Program-made: the position numbers and the translations under genes | Source: Lineus longissimus | Taxonomy: Eukaryota | Assembly: GCF_910592395.1 (NCBI RefSeq) | Contig: NC_088313.1 | Location: 17,638,500-17,702,499 of the forward strand | Length of the DNA stretch: 64,000 bases | Direction: 5' to 3' | Part shown: positions 1 to 13,900 of the stretch, in pieces | How positions within the stretch are numbered: the first letter of the stretch is position 1 | Layout of the letters: every line of letters starts with the position of its first letter | The notes under the pieces: generated by a model | Seen by the model: the letters and a program-made list of their open reading frames with translations, nothing else | Database searches by the model: none | Told to the model about the DNA's origin: nothing

Positions 1-974
1 GGCACCATATTCTGAACAAAAAAAGATGTACATGTAACTGATTGGAAAGTTGAACATCATTACATGTGAATTGCGAATGTAAGAATATATCTCTATGGTT
101 TCTTTTCCTAACTTCCTGTCTTATAGGGCCTTTGGGCGACTCTCATGTAAGGTTTCTAAAACACGCCATGATACGAAGCCATTTATGAGAAAATAAAAAA
201 TCCTGTGCCGACAACCAAAACTATAAAAAAATAATTCCCAAAGAAACAAGAATATTGGACAATCTGAGACTACCTAAGGCAAAACAAATACACTAATAAG
301 GTGAATCGTACATTGTATAAAGCCTAAAAACAACAAGGCATTTGATATCCGTGTGGGCAATCTATAAAAAGTAGCTGAACGACCTTTCACTGGAACGAAT
401 GTGATCCTTTTTTTCTTCAATATTCTCCCGAAGAAGACTTTCCAAAGAGATGCACCACAGTTGCAAAAGAAACTCAGCTAGACGGGAGTTTCTCCCTATT
501 ACTAGTAGCAAAGATGATATCAGCATCTTCATACAAGAACGCATTAAAATAAATCGTGTTACTGCCCCATAATCTCATTTCGTACGTAATCGTCTTTGGT
601 ACTCGTTATCCTTTTGTCTTATTCTTAATGTCCTCTATCCATTTAAGCGCAAATTTCATAATTTCAGGGTAGAGTGCACTCTCGTTAGCTTCATCTCTGT
701 AGGGATGATCGTAACTCAATAACCAGAAAAAGTATTCTTGAGGCTTTGCACTCCCGGTGTACATGAACAGTGAGTTTCCCGGTCAATTATGGTGGATTTT
801 ATATGTTTGGATTCTTCATGCAGTTCGGCGTCACTTTATCTAAATGTACTTGCAGTAGATATTGTGACTATGGGTCATCTCATATGTACCGTTTTGCTTG
901 GTAGTGAGGCCAACCCTTCTCTGCCACCAAAATCAGTGGTGACGGCTTCTACTCAATGCAAAGGGCTGTATATG

Positions 975-1036
975 CACACACGCACACTCCACCTAACCAC
1001 CACCATCATTATCAACGACCACCACCACAACCACGA
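975..1036. repeat. Imperfect CAC/CAT-rich low-complexity tract (cacacacgcacactccacc...caccaccatcat...accaccaccacaaccacgatc)
   Basis: Directly visible run of CAC/CCA/CAT triplets; it produces the His-rich tail of ORF 789-1046, which I take as a translation artefact. Confidence 0.6.
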
Positions 1037-3343
1037 TCAAGGCTGACGAAAAACGAAGTTACCATTTGCCGACTGTACCTCTATTACCTAAGACCGTCTC
1101 CCCACATTAACCTCATCTAATAAATAAAGGATGCCGCCACGTATATGAATTGACAACGAATATATGATAGACAAGTATAGATATTTCCATCAACACGGGA
1201 GCCATTTGTGGTGATATGAATATATATCATTGCCGGCTGGCATGCCACATTATTTCCGGAGACAATGATATACCGTGTAGCACTGTGATCTGATGAACCC
1301 GATATCAGACCTTGCTATGTCACATGAAATTGACCAGAATTCTCAAATGCATTAAGCACTGCTTCTGCAAGACGGATATATATGTGAAGGTACAGGCAAT
1401 ACCAATACTAATTCTTGCTTATTTCTTGTTATTCCAGGATACCTTTAGTCAAGTTTTGAAAGGTAAGCTTCAAGTTATCAATTATATAGAGGCAGCTTTT
1501 AGTACATTTACCTTATGTGACAATTTTAGTAACCACGTTACCATTACCATTAAATTCCAAGTCCAAAGAACTCATCAGCTTTACACATGCAGAAAAAATA
1601 ACTGAATTTAAATTGGGCCTTAGTTGGGCATTCTCAATCGTCACAGCTTTCAGATCGAACATTGTCGGACTGATTCGTCACATTCTAACATAACCTTCTT
1701 TAGAGCAAAACGCAATTCAGTGTCAAGGTCAACCGTTTGGGCTCCAGTACTTTGACAGTTATATCAAATTAATCGACGTTGATGGTTTAATGTACCAAGT
1801 AACCGAACCTTTAAAAATCCATCCGATCAATTTCCACCATCCTTTGTGTAGAAGTTCCGCCATTTAGCCACTGCATCTATCACTGTCTCTTAACCGCCTA
1901 GCTATGATTGCCAATTATCTGAGGTTGTTTTGATACAACTGACAATTCGATATGATTTTGGGGGCATTTCACTCTGGATACAAGAGAATATTGTACACCT
2001 TTGAAAGGAGATACCGAGGTAAGTACTAGGACTCCAACAAGATAGGGTGAATCAAGCCACGAAACTTTTGAGGTCGTTTTATAATGATGACTTCCACACG
2101 CACAGTCCCATTGGGAGCTTCTGCGCATCAATACTAATAGTTCCGACCACCTTTGGCTGAATTGACCTTGACCAGATGCGTGCATAGTCACTTATGTAAG
2201 CCAAATATCACTTGTTGGTCGATCACGTTGATAGGCAGGTGACTAGGATGGCCGCCCGATCATTTTCCATGGGGGAAATTACTGTCCGGTCTCCTGACCC
2301 CCCAAGTCCCCTTAGCACACCAATCGCCTATAAGTAACCGCAGAGATTCATTTGGTCAAAATTGGCAATTTCCACTGATAGTGAGATCTTAGCTGTATGA
2401 CATGATTACGACACTTTGGCCGACAGCGATCGAATACTACACTGACGCCAAGAGGATCTTGCTCCGGAGACATCCGATGTACCAGACTAATAACAAATCA
2501 TAACACTGACATACTCATTATTATATAGCACTTCCAGTACATAACGACATGCATCCTTAAATCTCAAGCAATCCCTTATGATCCTACTGTTCAGTGTCAG
2601 CATGCTGCATACGCTGTGTTTAACACACTTTTTGCAACAAGGGTTTTAACGGCAGTCACCTCTCTAGTCCGTCATTAATTTAACTTTTTTATCTAGGCAT
2701 AATTATAATCTAGGTGCCTTTATCAGGATTTCAAGTGCAGTCTGCCAGACTACCAGGCATGAATGTCTAGATCGTTAAGCTGAGGAGAAAATCCTAATTA
2801 AATAACTTCTGTACGTATTCATCTGAATGGTGGATCAATAAAATTGATAGATTTTTTTTAATAACTGCTGGTTTAATTTCGGACACTCGGTGAATCTGGC
2901 AATGGATTTCCATGAAGGACCCACTGCGTAGCTGCGGCCGAGGATATGGTCACAGGTGGTCACAACTGAATAATTTTGTGGGCTTGGCCAGTCAGATAGT
3001 GTTGTAACTTTAAAATATCTAACGCCAGATTTCCCAAGTGTCCAAAAATATAAAATACACAGCAAATATTTAAAGTGTTTTATTCAGACCTTTTGAACCA
3101 AACATGCAAAGGAGTTGTCAGTTAAACAAGTACAATCCAATGTTTCGTGAGATGTCCACATTAACCAAATTGAACAATGTGTCACAACGACTCAACCCTT
3201 GATACATACGTGCCTTGCTTCTCGCAATTGTCATTAACTTTATATGACAGAGTCCGTGATGGCTAGTAATGATAGGCTAAAGTGTTCTCAACTACTTTGT
3301 GATCATGTACTTAGTACTTGATAGTAGGATAGTTGAGATATTG

Positions 3344-3534
3344 CACGGCCTGATAGTGACCACTGTAACAGGTATCACCCAGTTGTATGCTGAAGTACCT
3401 GGACTCGAAACGAATCTGCTTTGGTATCTAGAGAACTATCTCACGGCCTGATAGTGACCACTGTAACAGGTATCACCCAGTTGTATGCTGAAGTACCTGG
3501 ACTCGAAACGAATCTGCTTTGGTATCTAGAGAAC
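3344..3534. repeat. Perfect tandem duplication: 2 copies of a ~93-bp unit (period 98 bp), separated by a 5-bp linker tatct
   Basis: The unit cacggcctgatagtgaccactgtaacaggtatcacccagttgtatgctgaagtacctggactcgaaacgaatctgctttggtatctagagaac occurs twice, starting at 3344 and at 3442, with no mismatch that I can see. Confidence 0.95.
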
Positions 3535-4775
3535 CTTAAAAAAATCCATTACATGACGTATCAGATTTAACTATCTTCTAAGGTCAATACAATGTACTTG
3601 AATAAAAAAAAAATCAAATAGCCAAGGCCAGCTCTTTTTGCTTTTGAGTTTCCAATGGAGGCGCCCTGGTAAACATGTCGTTCACTTGAAACATTTTGGG
3701 GACTACTTTGTAAGATTCAATCCTTCCTAAATCCCATCTTAAGCTCAGTATCAGGCACATCAAGCTTGCGTTCCACATGATACCAATCACACACCAAGCC
3801 TAGATGACACGAAGCAATCACACTCATCAATGGCCGCTTGGCAACATCAACCATCCATTCCAGGATTAAGTCTAATTCCTATTTCCATTTAAGCTATGAT
3901 CGCGTGACCAGTAGGCTTTTAAAAGTTATAACCAGAATATCTTATAACCTGAAATATCTTCATATAATATTTTATCAAGTAAAGATAACGTATATGAATA
4001 CGGTATGATAAATTTTCAAATCCTTCGTATTGCTTTATGTAGGTTTGCCAACTTTTTAAAAAATTAAGAAAGTTATCAAAAAATGTTTATAGCATGGTCA
4101 TTCGGATAATCATCACAAAAAACAAATAGTTTCCTGAAATAAGTAGCACTTATTGCCTATTTGCGATATGGAAGTTATCTCACGAACTCAATTGGAAATG
4201 CAGTTAATTAGGGCAGATATTACAGCTTTCCAGGGATCTTATTCCATCCCACGCTGAACCTGAGCTTATGTGAGGAGTTCAGGCAAACAACTCGGTGCCT
4301 GGTCCAACTGATTGCGTCAATGACACTCATTGAGTCAATGAGCTCCTATTACACTTACAGAGAGAAAAACAATATAAGCTTGACTATGGTTTAACGAGTG
4401 TATTGTGTAATTCCTTGAACACAGTCACTAAGTACGTAGTGTGTATTTTTGAGATCATGGAAGTTTCAGACAATATTGTTCATGTTAATGTCAAGCTAGA
4501 ATATGTAACACAAAGGAATAACATTGTTCTTGGAGGAAGAGGAGCTAATACATGACACGAAAATGGTTATTACTATTGTGCAATAACGAATGCAGAAATG
4601 AGATCAAACAAACAGCTGAACACAAAGAGGAACAGATTTTAGCAAAATGAGACAAATCTGATAAAACAATTGATTTATATCTTGAGAGTTATTAACCACC
4701 AAAAGCATCTTTTTGTTTCACCTAGTTTTTAAAAAATATATATTCATTGTGAAAAAGATGAGAAGAAGTATGCAC

Positions 4776-4920
4776 GAAAAAAAAACGGCCTGGTCGCTGA
4801 ATAGTATTACCGAGTACCCAGATGTCTTCAGTATTTGTCTATGAACGAAAAAAACCAGACTCGGTCGCTGGAACCGCTATCGAATCACTGAGTACCCCGA
4901 TATGTTCACTGTTTGCCTAA
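4776..4920. repeat. Degenerate tandem duplication, 2 x ~71 bp, each copy starting with cgaaaaaaa
   Basis: Copy 1 is cgaaaaaaaaacggcctggtcgctgaatagtattaccgagtacccagatgtcttcagtatttgtctatgaa and copy 2 is cgaaaaaaaccagactcggtcgctggaaccgctatcgaatcactgagtaccccgatatgttcactgtttgcctaa. Shared blocks are ggtcgctg, (c/t)gagtaccc(c)gat and ttc-a-t-tttg-cta; identity is roughly 65-70%. Confidence 0.55.
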
Positions 4921-7900
4921 CTCCTTAAACTTTACTAATCGATCATGCAACCAAATCTAGCCTCTCCCCGATAGCATGTTCTTACAAGACCCGGTCTCAT
5001 TGAGATGATTGGATCAATTTATCACAGTCGCTTTCCTATGCGACAAGCATGGATAAGGTCCGTGATCAGATGGGGCTCGTCCAGCAGTTTGTTTTTATAG
5101 AGGCTATCTCATATATTCGTTTAATTCTTATAGGTTTAGTCACGAACACTTGGGTTAAGGTTTTTTCTTCTCAAACACAATGCATACTAGTATTTATGAG
5201 CGGCGTAAATGCTGCTGTGGTCTACCTCCAAAGCACATTTCCAAAGACTCTCTTTGATACCGTTAATTAAGGCAGGAGGTAGATCAGAATTAATCAACAG
5301 TTCCACACTCAAGGCAATTGCTTATGTTTTTGAACCACCCTTTGTGGATTTTCAAAAAAAAATCTATAAAGAGCCCACATACACACAGGTAATACATTTC
5401 ATCAAAAATCTACAGGGACTACTTATAGATTTTATCAATGTATTTGATTAAACATTTCAGTGATTATGATGAAGACGTTTATATTTAATTAAGATTAAGA
5501 TTGATCTATTCTACACTGCTACCAGACCTTGCATCCAGCTACTTTCCCTGAACTTTAGAACATTTAATTAAACTGCCTATTCTAAAGTTGACAGGTGATC
5601 TCAATAGGCATCCATGATCATTCATGCGTGAGCGTAATCCACTGGCCACACAGTGCTCTGCCGGACAAAAGACTTTAGAGCTGTATTGTGTCGCTCTTTT
5701 GGCTGGGCAAATAACCCTTTGTAATGATGTAACGTACTGCATGTATTCAATGTCAGCGTTCTTGGCTGGAAGGCACGGTGAACACATTATTTGTATGGTG
5801 GCTCCGTTGGCCTGCAGTTGACAGCAATGCACATTGTGTGTAAGAATTCCTGATTTTGTGTGATATTTCGTCAGAACTCGATTTTGCTAGTGAACCTTAA
5901 TGATATATTGAACATCAGACATGTGATAATAGAATGATAGAACAGCATGTGTGACAGTGCTTTAAAATAGATATTCAGGACTGAATTGATTCCGAGGTGA
6001 TCGTGTGCCAAGCTAGGACAGTTGCTGGCTTGTCTGTGCATTACATGTCGAAATATTCTTAGAGGAAAACTCCCGAGGCTTGTGTGCAGGGACGGAGATG
6101 CGAATATTAACCCCTGATTTCCTCATGGTAGACAGTTCACCCACAAATGTAATTTCATAACAAATAGCCCTTTTTACATTTTTGAATTAACTGCAAAACA
6201 ATAATTTTAGATAGACTCGCTGACAAATCCTGCAACTACCAAGTCATCTGATCATATTGTCCTATAGAGCTTGGGACGAGATAATGACTTGTGGAATCCT
6301 TGCCTGCCTTATACCACATATTGGCGTTCTAAATATGTTTATCACCAATGTTGGTGTTACCCAAATCTCTCTTGTCGTGCTTCAACCATAAACAAATCAC
6401 TTCCCTTCCCCCTGCGTGAACTGTAATGGGAGATCGGCCAATATCATAACCACTGTAGTGTTAATATTGTTACTGAAACGACAGGTTAATTACACCAACA
6501 CCGCATCTCGGCCAAATGAGGCGTTCAGAATGTTCATGAAGAAGGGAAATGGGCTTCTATTATCCTAAGATCAAGATCTCACAGCCGGGGGATAGACCGG
6601 CTGCCAATATCTCGACTGACCATTCTCCGCTCGAGCTTCACAAGGAGCAGCGTTGCTCATTCCCTTTGGCGAGTCGAGGCGACGTGCTTAGTACATGGTT
6701 GAATTCTCCGCAGGGCCCGGCAGTGATTTAGCACACTAATTAGTGTCTGCGGACTTTGAAGGTGATCGATCATTATCACATAGTTGTTGTCAATATGCTT
6801 CTGAGAGATGAGGTAGGCGAAGGAATACAGAATTGACGGTGTTGCTTTACGATAGATTGACAGGGGAGGGCTGAAGTCGACTGTCAAAATAGTAATAATC
6901 GCAATTTCAGGTGCAGTGCGATAGGTAGGATAATTTTCTATTCCAACACCGCCACCACATTATGCAAGCCCTGTTTTGGTGCAGTGCAGCGCAAGATAAC
7001 TTTATGTTGCTGCGTTGTGGACAAATGGTTAATGAAGACACCTTCTTAATCCCCAATCCTTTGTAATTATTCTTATGCTGTTGCATTTCGTTTAATGATG
7101 CAATTCGTTAATTTCTATTCTGCCCTTCAACCTCCAGATCAGTCCTCCTCAGGAATCTCCACATTGTTATGCCATCAAGAAACAAATTGAATCACGTAAT
7201 GCCTTACAAGACACGGAAAGATGAATCTTGGCTTTGTCAGCATCTAATACCCTCCAGATTAAGAAACAGTGATTGTTATTATTAAAAGCCAAGATCTCCT
7301 GTCATATAACTGATAGATGAGGGACGTTCTGCTGCAGTTATCCACTTTTCGTGATCATTATTCTCTCGTGCTAATTACTAAGTCCCGAATATGATCAGTT
7401 TGATATGTTATCATCGGAAAACGACTCTGATTTGTAAGTAGATTTCGCTTGGCTGTTTTTGCTTTCCATAACGTGTACGATTCGGGATTGCATCCTCTTT
7501 TGCGTGCCTCAATTGATAAGTGAATAGACTACTCTGATTGGAAAATGATAATCGAATAATCATGATGATTAGAAATCATTCTTGACAGAGCGATATTTGG
7601 AAAGTGATAAATGACCGAGGACCATGGTATGAAATCATCATTGGTGCAACCTTGTGACCAAGTCAGGGGTGACATAGCTCTTGTAAAGAGAACGGTTTGT
7701 TAAGTGGGCGGTCATATTCTACTAAATTTGACAGAATCACCTCGTTCCTGAGCAACATAAATGCATAAATGAGTTTGACTGTTTCGATTACATTAATGCG
7801 AAGGGGCCTATTATAGGAGTAGTTCAAGCTTGTCGCATAAACAAAGCACTGCATCCTTTTGTGAATTATCAAAAGTTTTACATCTTTGTCTATAAGTTAT

Positions 7901-10900
7901 GTCAAAAGTCATGTCCCGATTTCTTGTTTGACCCTATGATCATGCCAGCGACTGCTGGATGTACTTAATGGATACGACTTAATGGCACATTTTTATCAAG
8001 CTAGCTATGCTGGGCTTAGCCAAATCAACTTGGCTGCGAATCAAAGCATCCAACAGAAAACTCCTCATGTAGATATCCAAAACTAGAACCCGATTGCTAT
8101 AACCTTGACTTAAACGGACGCCAGTAGATGATGTCAAGTTCATTTGTGTCCAGCTTCAGTGGCCATTTGGAGGATCTAGTTCGAATCTGTTGGAAGATCC
8201 GGTCGTGGCGAGGCTCATGTCCGAGCCTTACTCTGACCTTACTGGATTATAGGATAGTGTGTTGTTGAATGCAAATTAATCACAGTAGGATCTATGAACG
8301 GAAAGTCAAGGCCAAGTTCGACAAGCAAGGTTTGAACCTTCTGTTAAACAATCCTCCTCAAGCATATCTTGGCCGAAGTTGATTCTAAAGTTAGATTTTT
8401 TTAACTCCTTGTCAATGATCTATATACATGTGATCATTTGCGCAAAGCTGTTCCGATTCGGTGCCAAATGTCCTCTCAATGATACTTTCGCTCTCACACT
8501 GTAATCAGAACGTCTGTGGCTCTCTATAACGTGGACCACTTACGATAATGTCCCAAGAGAGTTCTTACATGCAAATTATGTGTAATTATTGTAACTTATA
8601 AAATGATTTGGTTTACTTCGAAGGCCATGAGGATATTGGTTTAGTTACACGAATCGGGATGAGAAGATTGAAGTTTCATGATATGCAGTTGAAACATAGG
8701 TCAATCTCGTACGCAGCATTACTAAGTACGGTTTCTAGCTGTTCAAACTTAGTCCATGCCGGATGTAGGAAATACCTCACCATATTCTCTTATTGTTGGG
8801 TTGCATTGTGGTCACTTTGGTTTAAAAATATTCTCAATACGTAACCTTTTTGATCAATGAGAATTGACTAAGGCATTCATAATTCTGCAGATCTTCTTTA
8901 TTTAAATCATCATGATCATTGTTGCAGCAACTGGTTTTAGATCAAAGCAAATGTAAGACGGCTCTATAATCATAAAAATGTGAACAGAAAATACATTTAA
9001 TCACGTTGATCAATCCGAATAATATCATTAAAAAATATTTGATCATCGACACAGAAAATCCTCATAGGATCAGTGCTGAATTCTAATTATCACTGTTTTT
9101 ACATTCCAAGCTATGGGTGTTTTACGCTTGCAAAGATGGTCTATTAAGTGTAAACATACAAAACGTAGTGCCTCTTGTGTTAGCGTTGTCGTTGGCAGTG
9201 TAACACAAGTACTGACATGAACTCTAAAACTTGTTATATTTTCATTTATATTTGGAAATTAGCCTTTCTGCACAATTTGCATTTATTTGTCAATGCTATC
9301 TTTATTTCCTTCTGCTACACTGAGTTGGTATCATGCAGCGTTCTCTTTTGAAAATTGTCTGTAAGCGATTAGGCTGCTCTTCCTTCTAACAAAATCTAAA
9401 ATAAATCACGAAATCGAATTTCATATACTTCTGACAATAGTCATTTCAATTTTGTTGCGGAGTCAACCCTAAAAATAATTAAGAATGCCGACGTTTTATT
9501 GTAATACTCTACACTTTATGAGGGGACATTGACAATGTATTGGCTCTATTCTATTCCTTTGGAACGAGACAGTAAACTTCAATAGTCGTTGAAGGTAATG
9601 CTATTCTAGCTTTCAATGCAATCTAGCTGAACATGACTCATGCCCTCCGGTGGTTTATAGATTGAATTTCTTGAATGCTGAAATTTTCAGCGTGAGAATT
9701 GTTCAGATGCATTTCATTATACCAGTTAAACTGCTCCGCGTTGCTAGGGTTTTTACAGTCAGAGCGATTTAGCGTTTATCTAGCAGGTTTTGTACGAAAT
9801 GAATGGAATGGTTTCGTGCGTAAATGTTTACTCATGGAATTGATTGTTGCACGGAATGAAATAGAAGGAATTGTTATGATGCTTCAGCGAAAGTTTTAAA
9901 AGCTGACTCTGATACTATTTGCGGGTCTCGATTGACAATCAAGGCATACGCAGCGGATGTTTTATGTCCTATCAATTCACTATGTTATGTTATAGCAGAT
10001 AGAAACTGGTACTATATATGATATATTGAGCAGTATATATATGAAGGCAGTATCTTTTGTGAATGTGGTGCCTAGACAATTTTACATGCAGTATTTAAAA
10101 TTTGATGCTACAGTTAAAATGTCAAACGAATTAAGTTAAAGCAATTGCCCCATGATAAATATGTGTTCATGACATCTGTCTGACAATGCACTAAGTATGC
10201 ACAAATTGTGTCCTCTGGATCCATAGTTCACGTTGTTTTGGAATCTTGGGCGCAAACTCCTGGTATGGATTTGGTAATAGTTAAGTCTAATATTGACCTG
10301 CGTTTCTGACTGAAGCGAATCTTCCAGCAATGGTTCGTAGTATGTGGTTTGTATTGATGACTGATTAATTGCTAGCTTAGAGTGGTAATCATTCTTGAGT
10401 CCTAATCGAATTGTGATCAGCTGGTGGTGGTTACTTGAGTGATGGGAGAGATTCGGTGAGCGTTATTGGACTTCAATCTATCTTCATCATCATGAGGAGA
10501 TGAAAAAGACATCCTGGAACATTGTTACCAGCAATGACTGATCGACAGGTCAGTCAGACTAGAAGAAGTTAAATATTTTCCAGCAATACCGAACTTGCTC
10601 CTCCATCATTCATTCCTTTCCCTCCCCAAAACACATTGACAAGGTACATTTTAGATACTTTTCAGATACCAGAGTTTAATTTGTGGGTAAATAGAACATG
10701 CTTACCGAAAAAAAACAGATTAAAATTTTGGGAAACGTGAAATAGTGCGTAGGTTTTAAGGTACATTTTAAAAAAATCGGACACGGTTTAACTTCACGGA
10801 TCACAAATTGTTCTTATCTCCATGTGAATCCATGACTGCTAAAGCTGTGGCAACAAGATCTTGTTTTTACTTAGCCTTGTGTCGGCCACGATGATGCTTT

Positions 10901-13900
10901 GCTATACGGCTTGACTGACTTTACCGATACAGAAAGAAAACATGGTGACGTTGCTCTTGGAGATCCGATTTCGAACCACGTGACTTGATGCCAAGAATGC
11001 GGCGCAGACGACATTTATTCTTTTATTGATCTGGATTCTTAATCACTGATATCCACAGAAAGTTTAAGGTCTGAAGTGGCGTGGTTGTGTTTCTGGCGGC
11101 CTCCGGATTCGTTGACATTAACTACTGAAGATACCTTCGCATGGTGGAAGCGCACGCACTCTTAGAGTTGGGATATTGCGCTGTTTCATCAAGCATTCTC
11201 ATTAAAACTGAGCAAATTCCAGCATCGACGAGCACATCACAGTGTAAGTTTTACCGAAAGTCCGATTTCTAACATTTCTGACTGGCGAAGGAAGCCCCTC
11301 TATTCTCGGACCTTGTTTTATCATCACTCACTGCTATTATGCAATCGTGAACATTTACCGTAAATTGTTTCATTGTATGCTGCACTCGAAAAGGTCTGCC
11401 CTTGTTCAATCTGTTGGACGTCAACATATCATTCTAGACCATTCTCCATCAAGGTAAGCATCTTTCATTTGTAATTAGCACCATGATTCGAATTGGGGAA
11501 GTAGCTTTGTCATTTGTAGGTATGAAAACAACTTAGGAAAGAACTGAAACGCAGCGCCAACTCTTCGACCTCCGACATTTTGTTGTAGTAATTCCTAATC
11601 TATTTTGACTAACCTATGTTACAAACCAGTCCCTCGGGTCACGCCAAGTAATAAATTCAAATAAGGTATCATCGAAAGGCTAGGATGCTGACATGACTTG
11701 ACATGCCCATGTGACTTGGATTTTAAAGGTAGCCTTATTTGTAGCCATCTTACCTCGCTGGCATAATGAGTCTTTGGAAAACACATACTTTTGTGTTGGC
11801 TACGTCGGATGTCATCGGGAGACATAAGAATGACGGATATACTTGAACACACAAGATAATGCGAAAGGCGAATGAGAGAAAATGCATGAAAGCACTGAAA
11901 TATGAGTTACGACCACAGGGAACTAGAATATCTGCAAGAAATACGTGAGAAAGAATTGCGAACATTCACACAAAAATCGTGCAAATGACACATAAAGCCT
12001 TCTTTTCAAGTGAGTTAGAACGAAGCTGAGTAAATTTCAATACACATTGTAACATGAACATTTCGGTTTTTTATTTTGTCTGTCTCAAGGACAACAAGCG
12101 GATACATTATCGGCTCGTGTTGTCTACAGCGAACGAACAAAGGATCCATCTGCAGCCTATCTTTCCGTCAGGAGACAAAGATCAAAGAATGCACTTACAC
12201 GAAGTTGCGATTGCGCGCACCTCACCGTGCATTTTCACGTTGTATACGATTGATATAATATGTTTATCACAAGTCAGACCACACCCAGTTCCCCAGCAGC
12301 TCAACACCCTGAGATCACCAACTGAACCCCATGGTTCAGCCAATATGACCCCTTCACTGACTGATGGTGAGGCCAAGAAGTTGCGTAGTGTGCGACACAT
12401 CAATTCTGGGGCGTCTGTGGGCGTGTGAGTGGGCGTCTATGACGGAGCCTAAACGTATTCAGGATACGGATGAGCATCTTCTTCGACAAAAAGGAGTTCA
12501 CGTTTTAAAGGATGGGCCACTACATGTAATGCTAAGCGTATGCCCTGACACAATATTCTCGAAATAAACAGAATACAGTCGAATACAACAACCTGCTGTG
12601 TTAAGCAGACAGTTATAAGTATTTTGCGGAAACCTTTAACGACTTAAGGAAGTCCTGTGTCAGAGAACTTCTTCAGAAACCGTGAGGTTATTAACGTCAT
12701 TTCACCTCCTTCCCGCTGATGCATTTTACATTGGCCCCCACTTCTTGTCACTTTCATAGCCAGTTATCGAACTACAATTAGTGTGAACTTATGTATCATT
12801 TGACATGTCACATCAATTTGACGCATGGAGCAATGTAAATTCGTCTTGTGATCATTGTGTATTAGTATATTCCCTTCCTTTATTGCGATTTTTCAAGATG
12901 GCCTCGTGATCTGCCAGTCTTCAAAAATTCGTTTGACTGATAATTACGGACCATACAATAAGCAACATTATTCAGCTGGCAAACAGAACAGGCAGATAGC
13001 CCTGGACTGCTCAAAACCATCAGACTGCCAACTGCTCCAACACTCTCGACATCTCGATAATCTATTTACAGCCTGGTTCCTGGTTGATTCAGACAACGAA
13101 AACAATTTTTTTTTTAAAGGAAAAATAGTTCCCCACTACTTCTAAATCAGTCAGCGTGGTTCCCGATTGAATGCATGAATGTTGCTCTACTTCGTTTTAG
13201 TGTTTTGGCAACTGAACTGTTCAATACCACATCGATGTCTCTCAACCCAATGATTCTTGGGTTAATGATGCATGGCCGTCTGTCGTTTTTTTCGGGCGCG
13301 TCGGGCCCGATATCCTCCAATTCCTCGTTATCTGTTAACTTTGACGATAAATGATTCTGAATTTATTGGTGGAATCCAATAATGGTAGAATACCTCCGTT
13401 ACTGTTATTAAAGACGAAGTTCGTTCATTTTAAAATTTGAAATTGAATTGAAATTTTGCAATTAAGATACACACTGGATTACATCTCAGGATTGTTGTTT
13501 TGGACATCGGTATAATTGCACTCTTTATATCATTTTCATATCATTAGCGTGTCTGGTTACTCTATAACGGATACGTTTTTTTCGTTGTACCGACGACAAG
13601 TCCCACCGTTAATGTGGTAAGCATCAATAAGTTTCTTGGTTCTCTCTATGGATCTCTAGGGCATCAGCATTGGACGGCTCAGCCCAAGGCAATAATGTCT
13701 GTCCACCTGGTCTCTATTCACAGTCAGTGCATTTTCAACCGACAATTTATTGGTTCAGCCGCCTCTCAGCCACCTTTCGGTATATCTAGGGCTAAATATC
13801 AGAGTTACTCTTTATTTCTAATGATAGCCGTGAAAGAAAAAACATTAATTTGACAAGGTAAATTTTGAATATTTTACAACGATATGGTTAGAAATCTAAG

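Noticed and set aside
4288-4345. 17-bp palindrome ctcattga-g-tcaatgag, preceded by gtcaatgacact, as a regulatory element
   Set aside because: Short palindromes of this size are expected many times by chance in 64 kb. There is no supporting context such as repetition or conservation.
6561-6575. U2 snRNA-like 11-mer ctaagatcaag
   Set aside because: Only this 11-mer matches the U2 5' region. The flanking sequence (cttctattatc...atctcacagccggg) does not continue the U2 sequence, so I treat it as coincidence.
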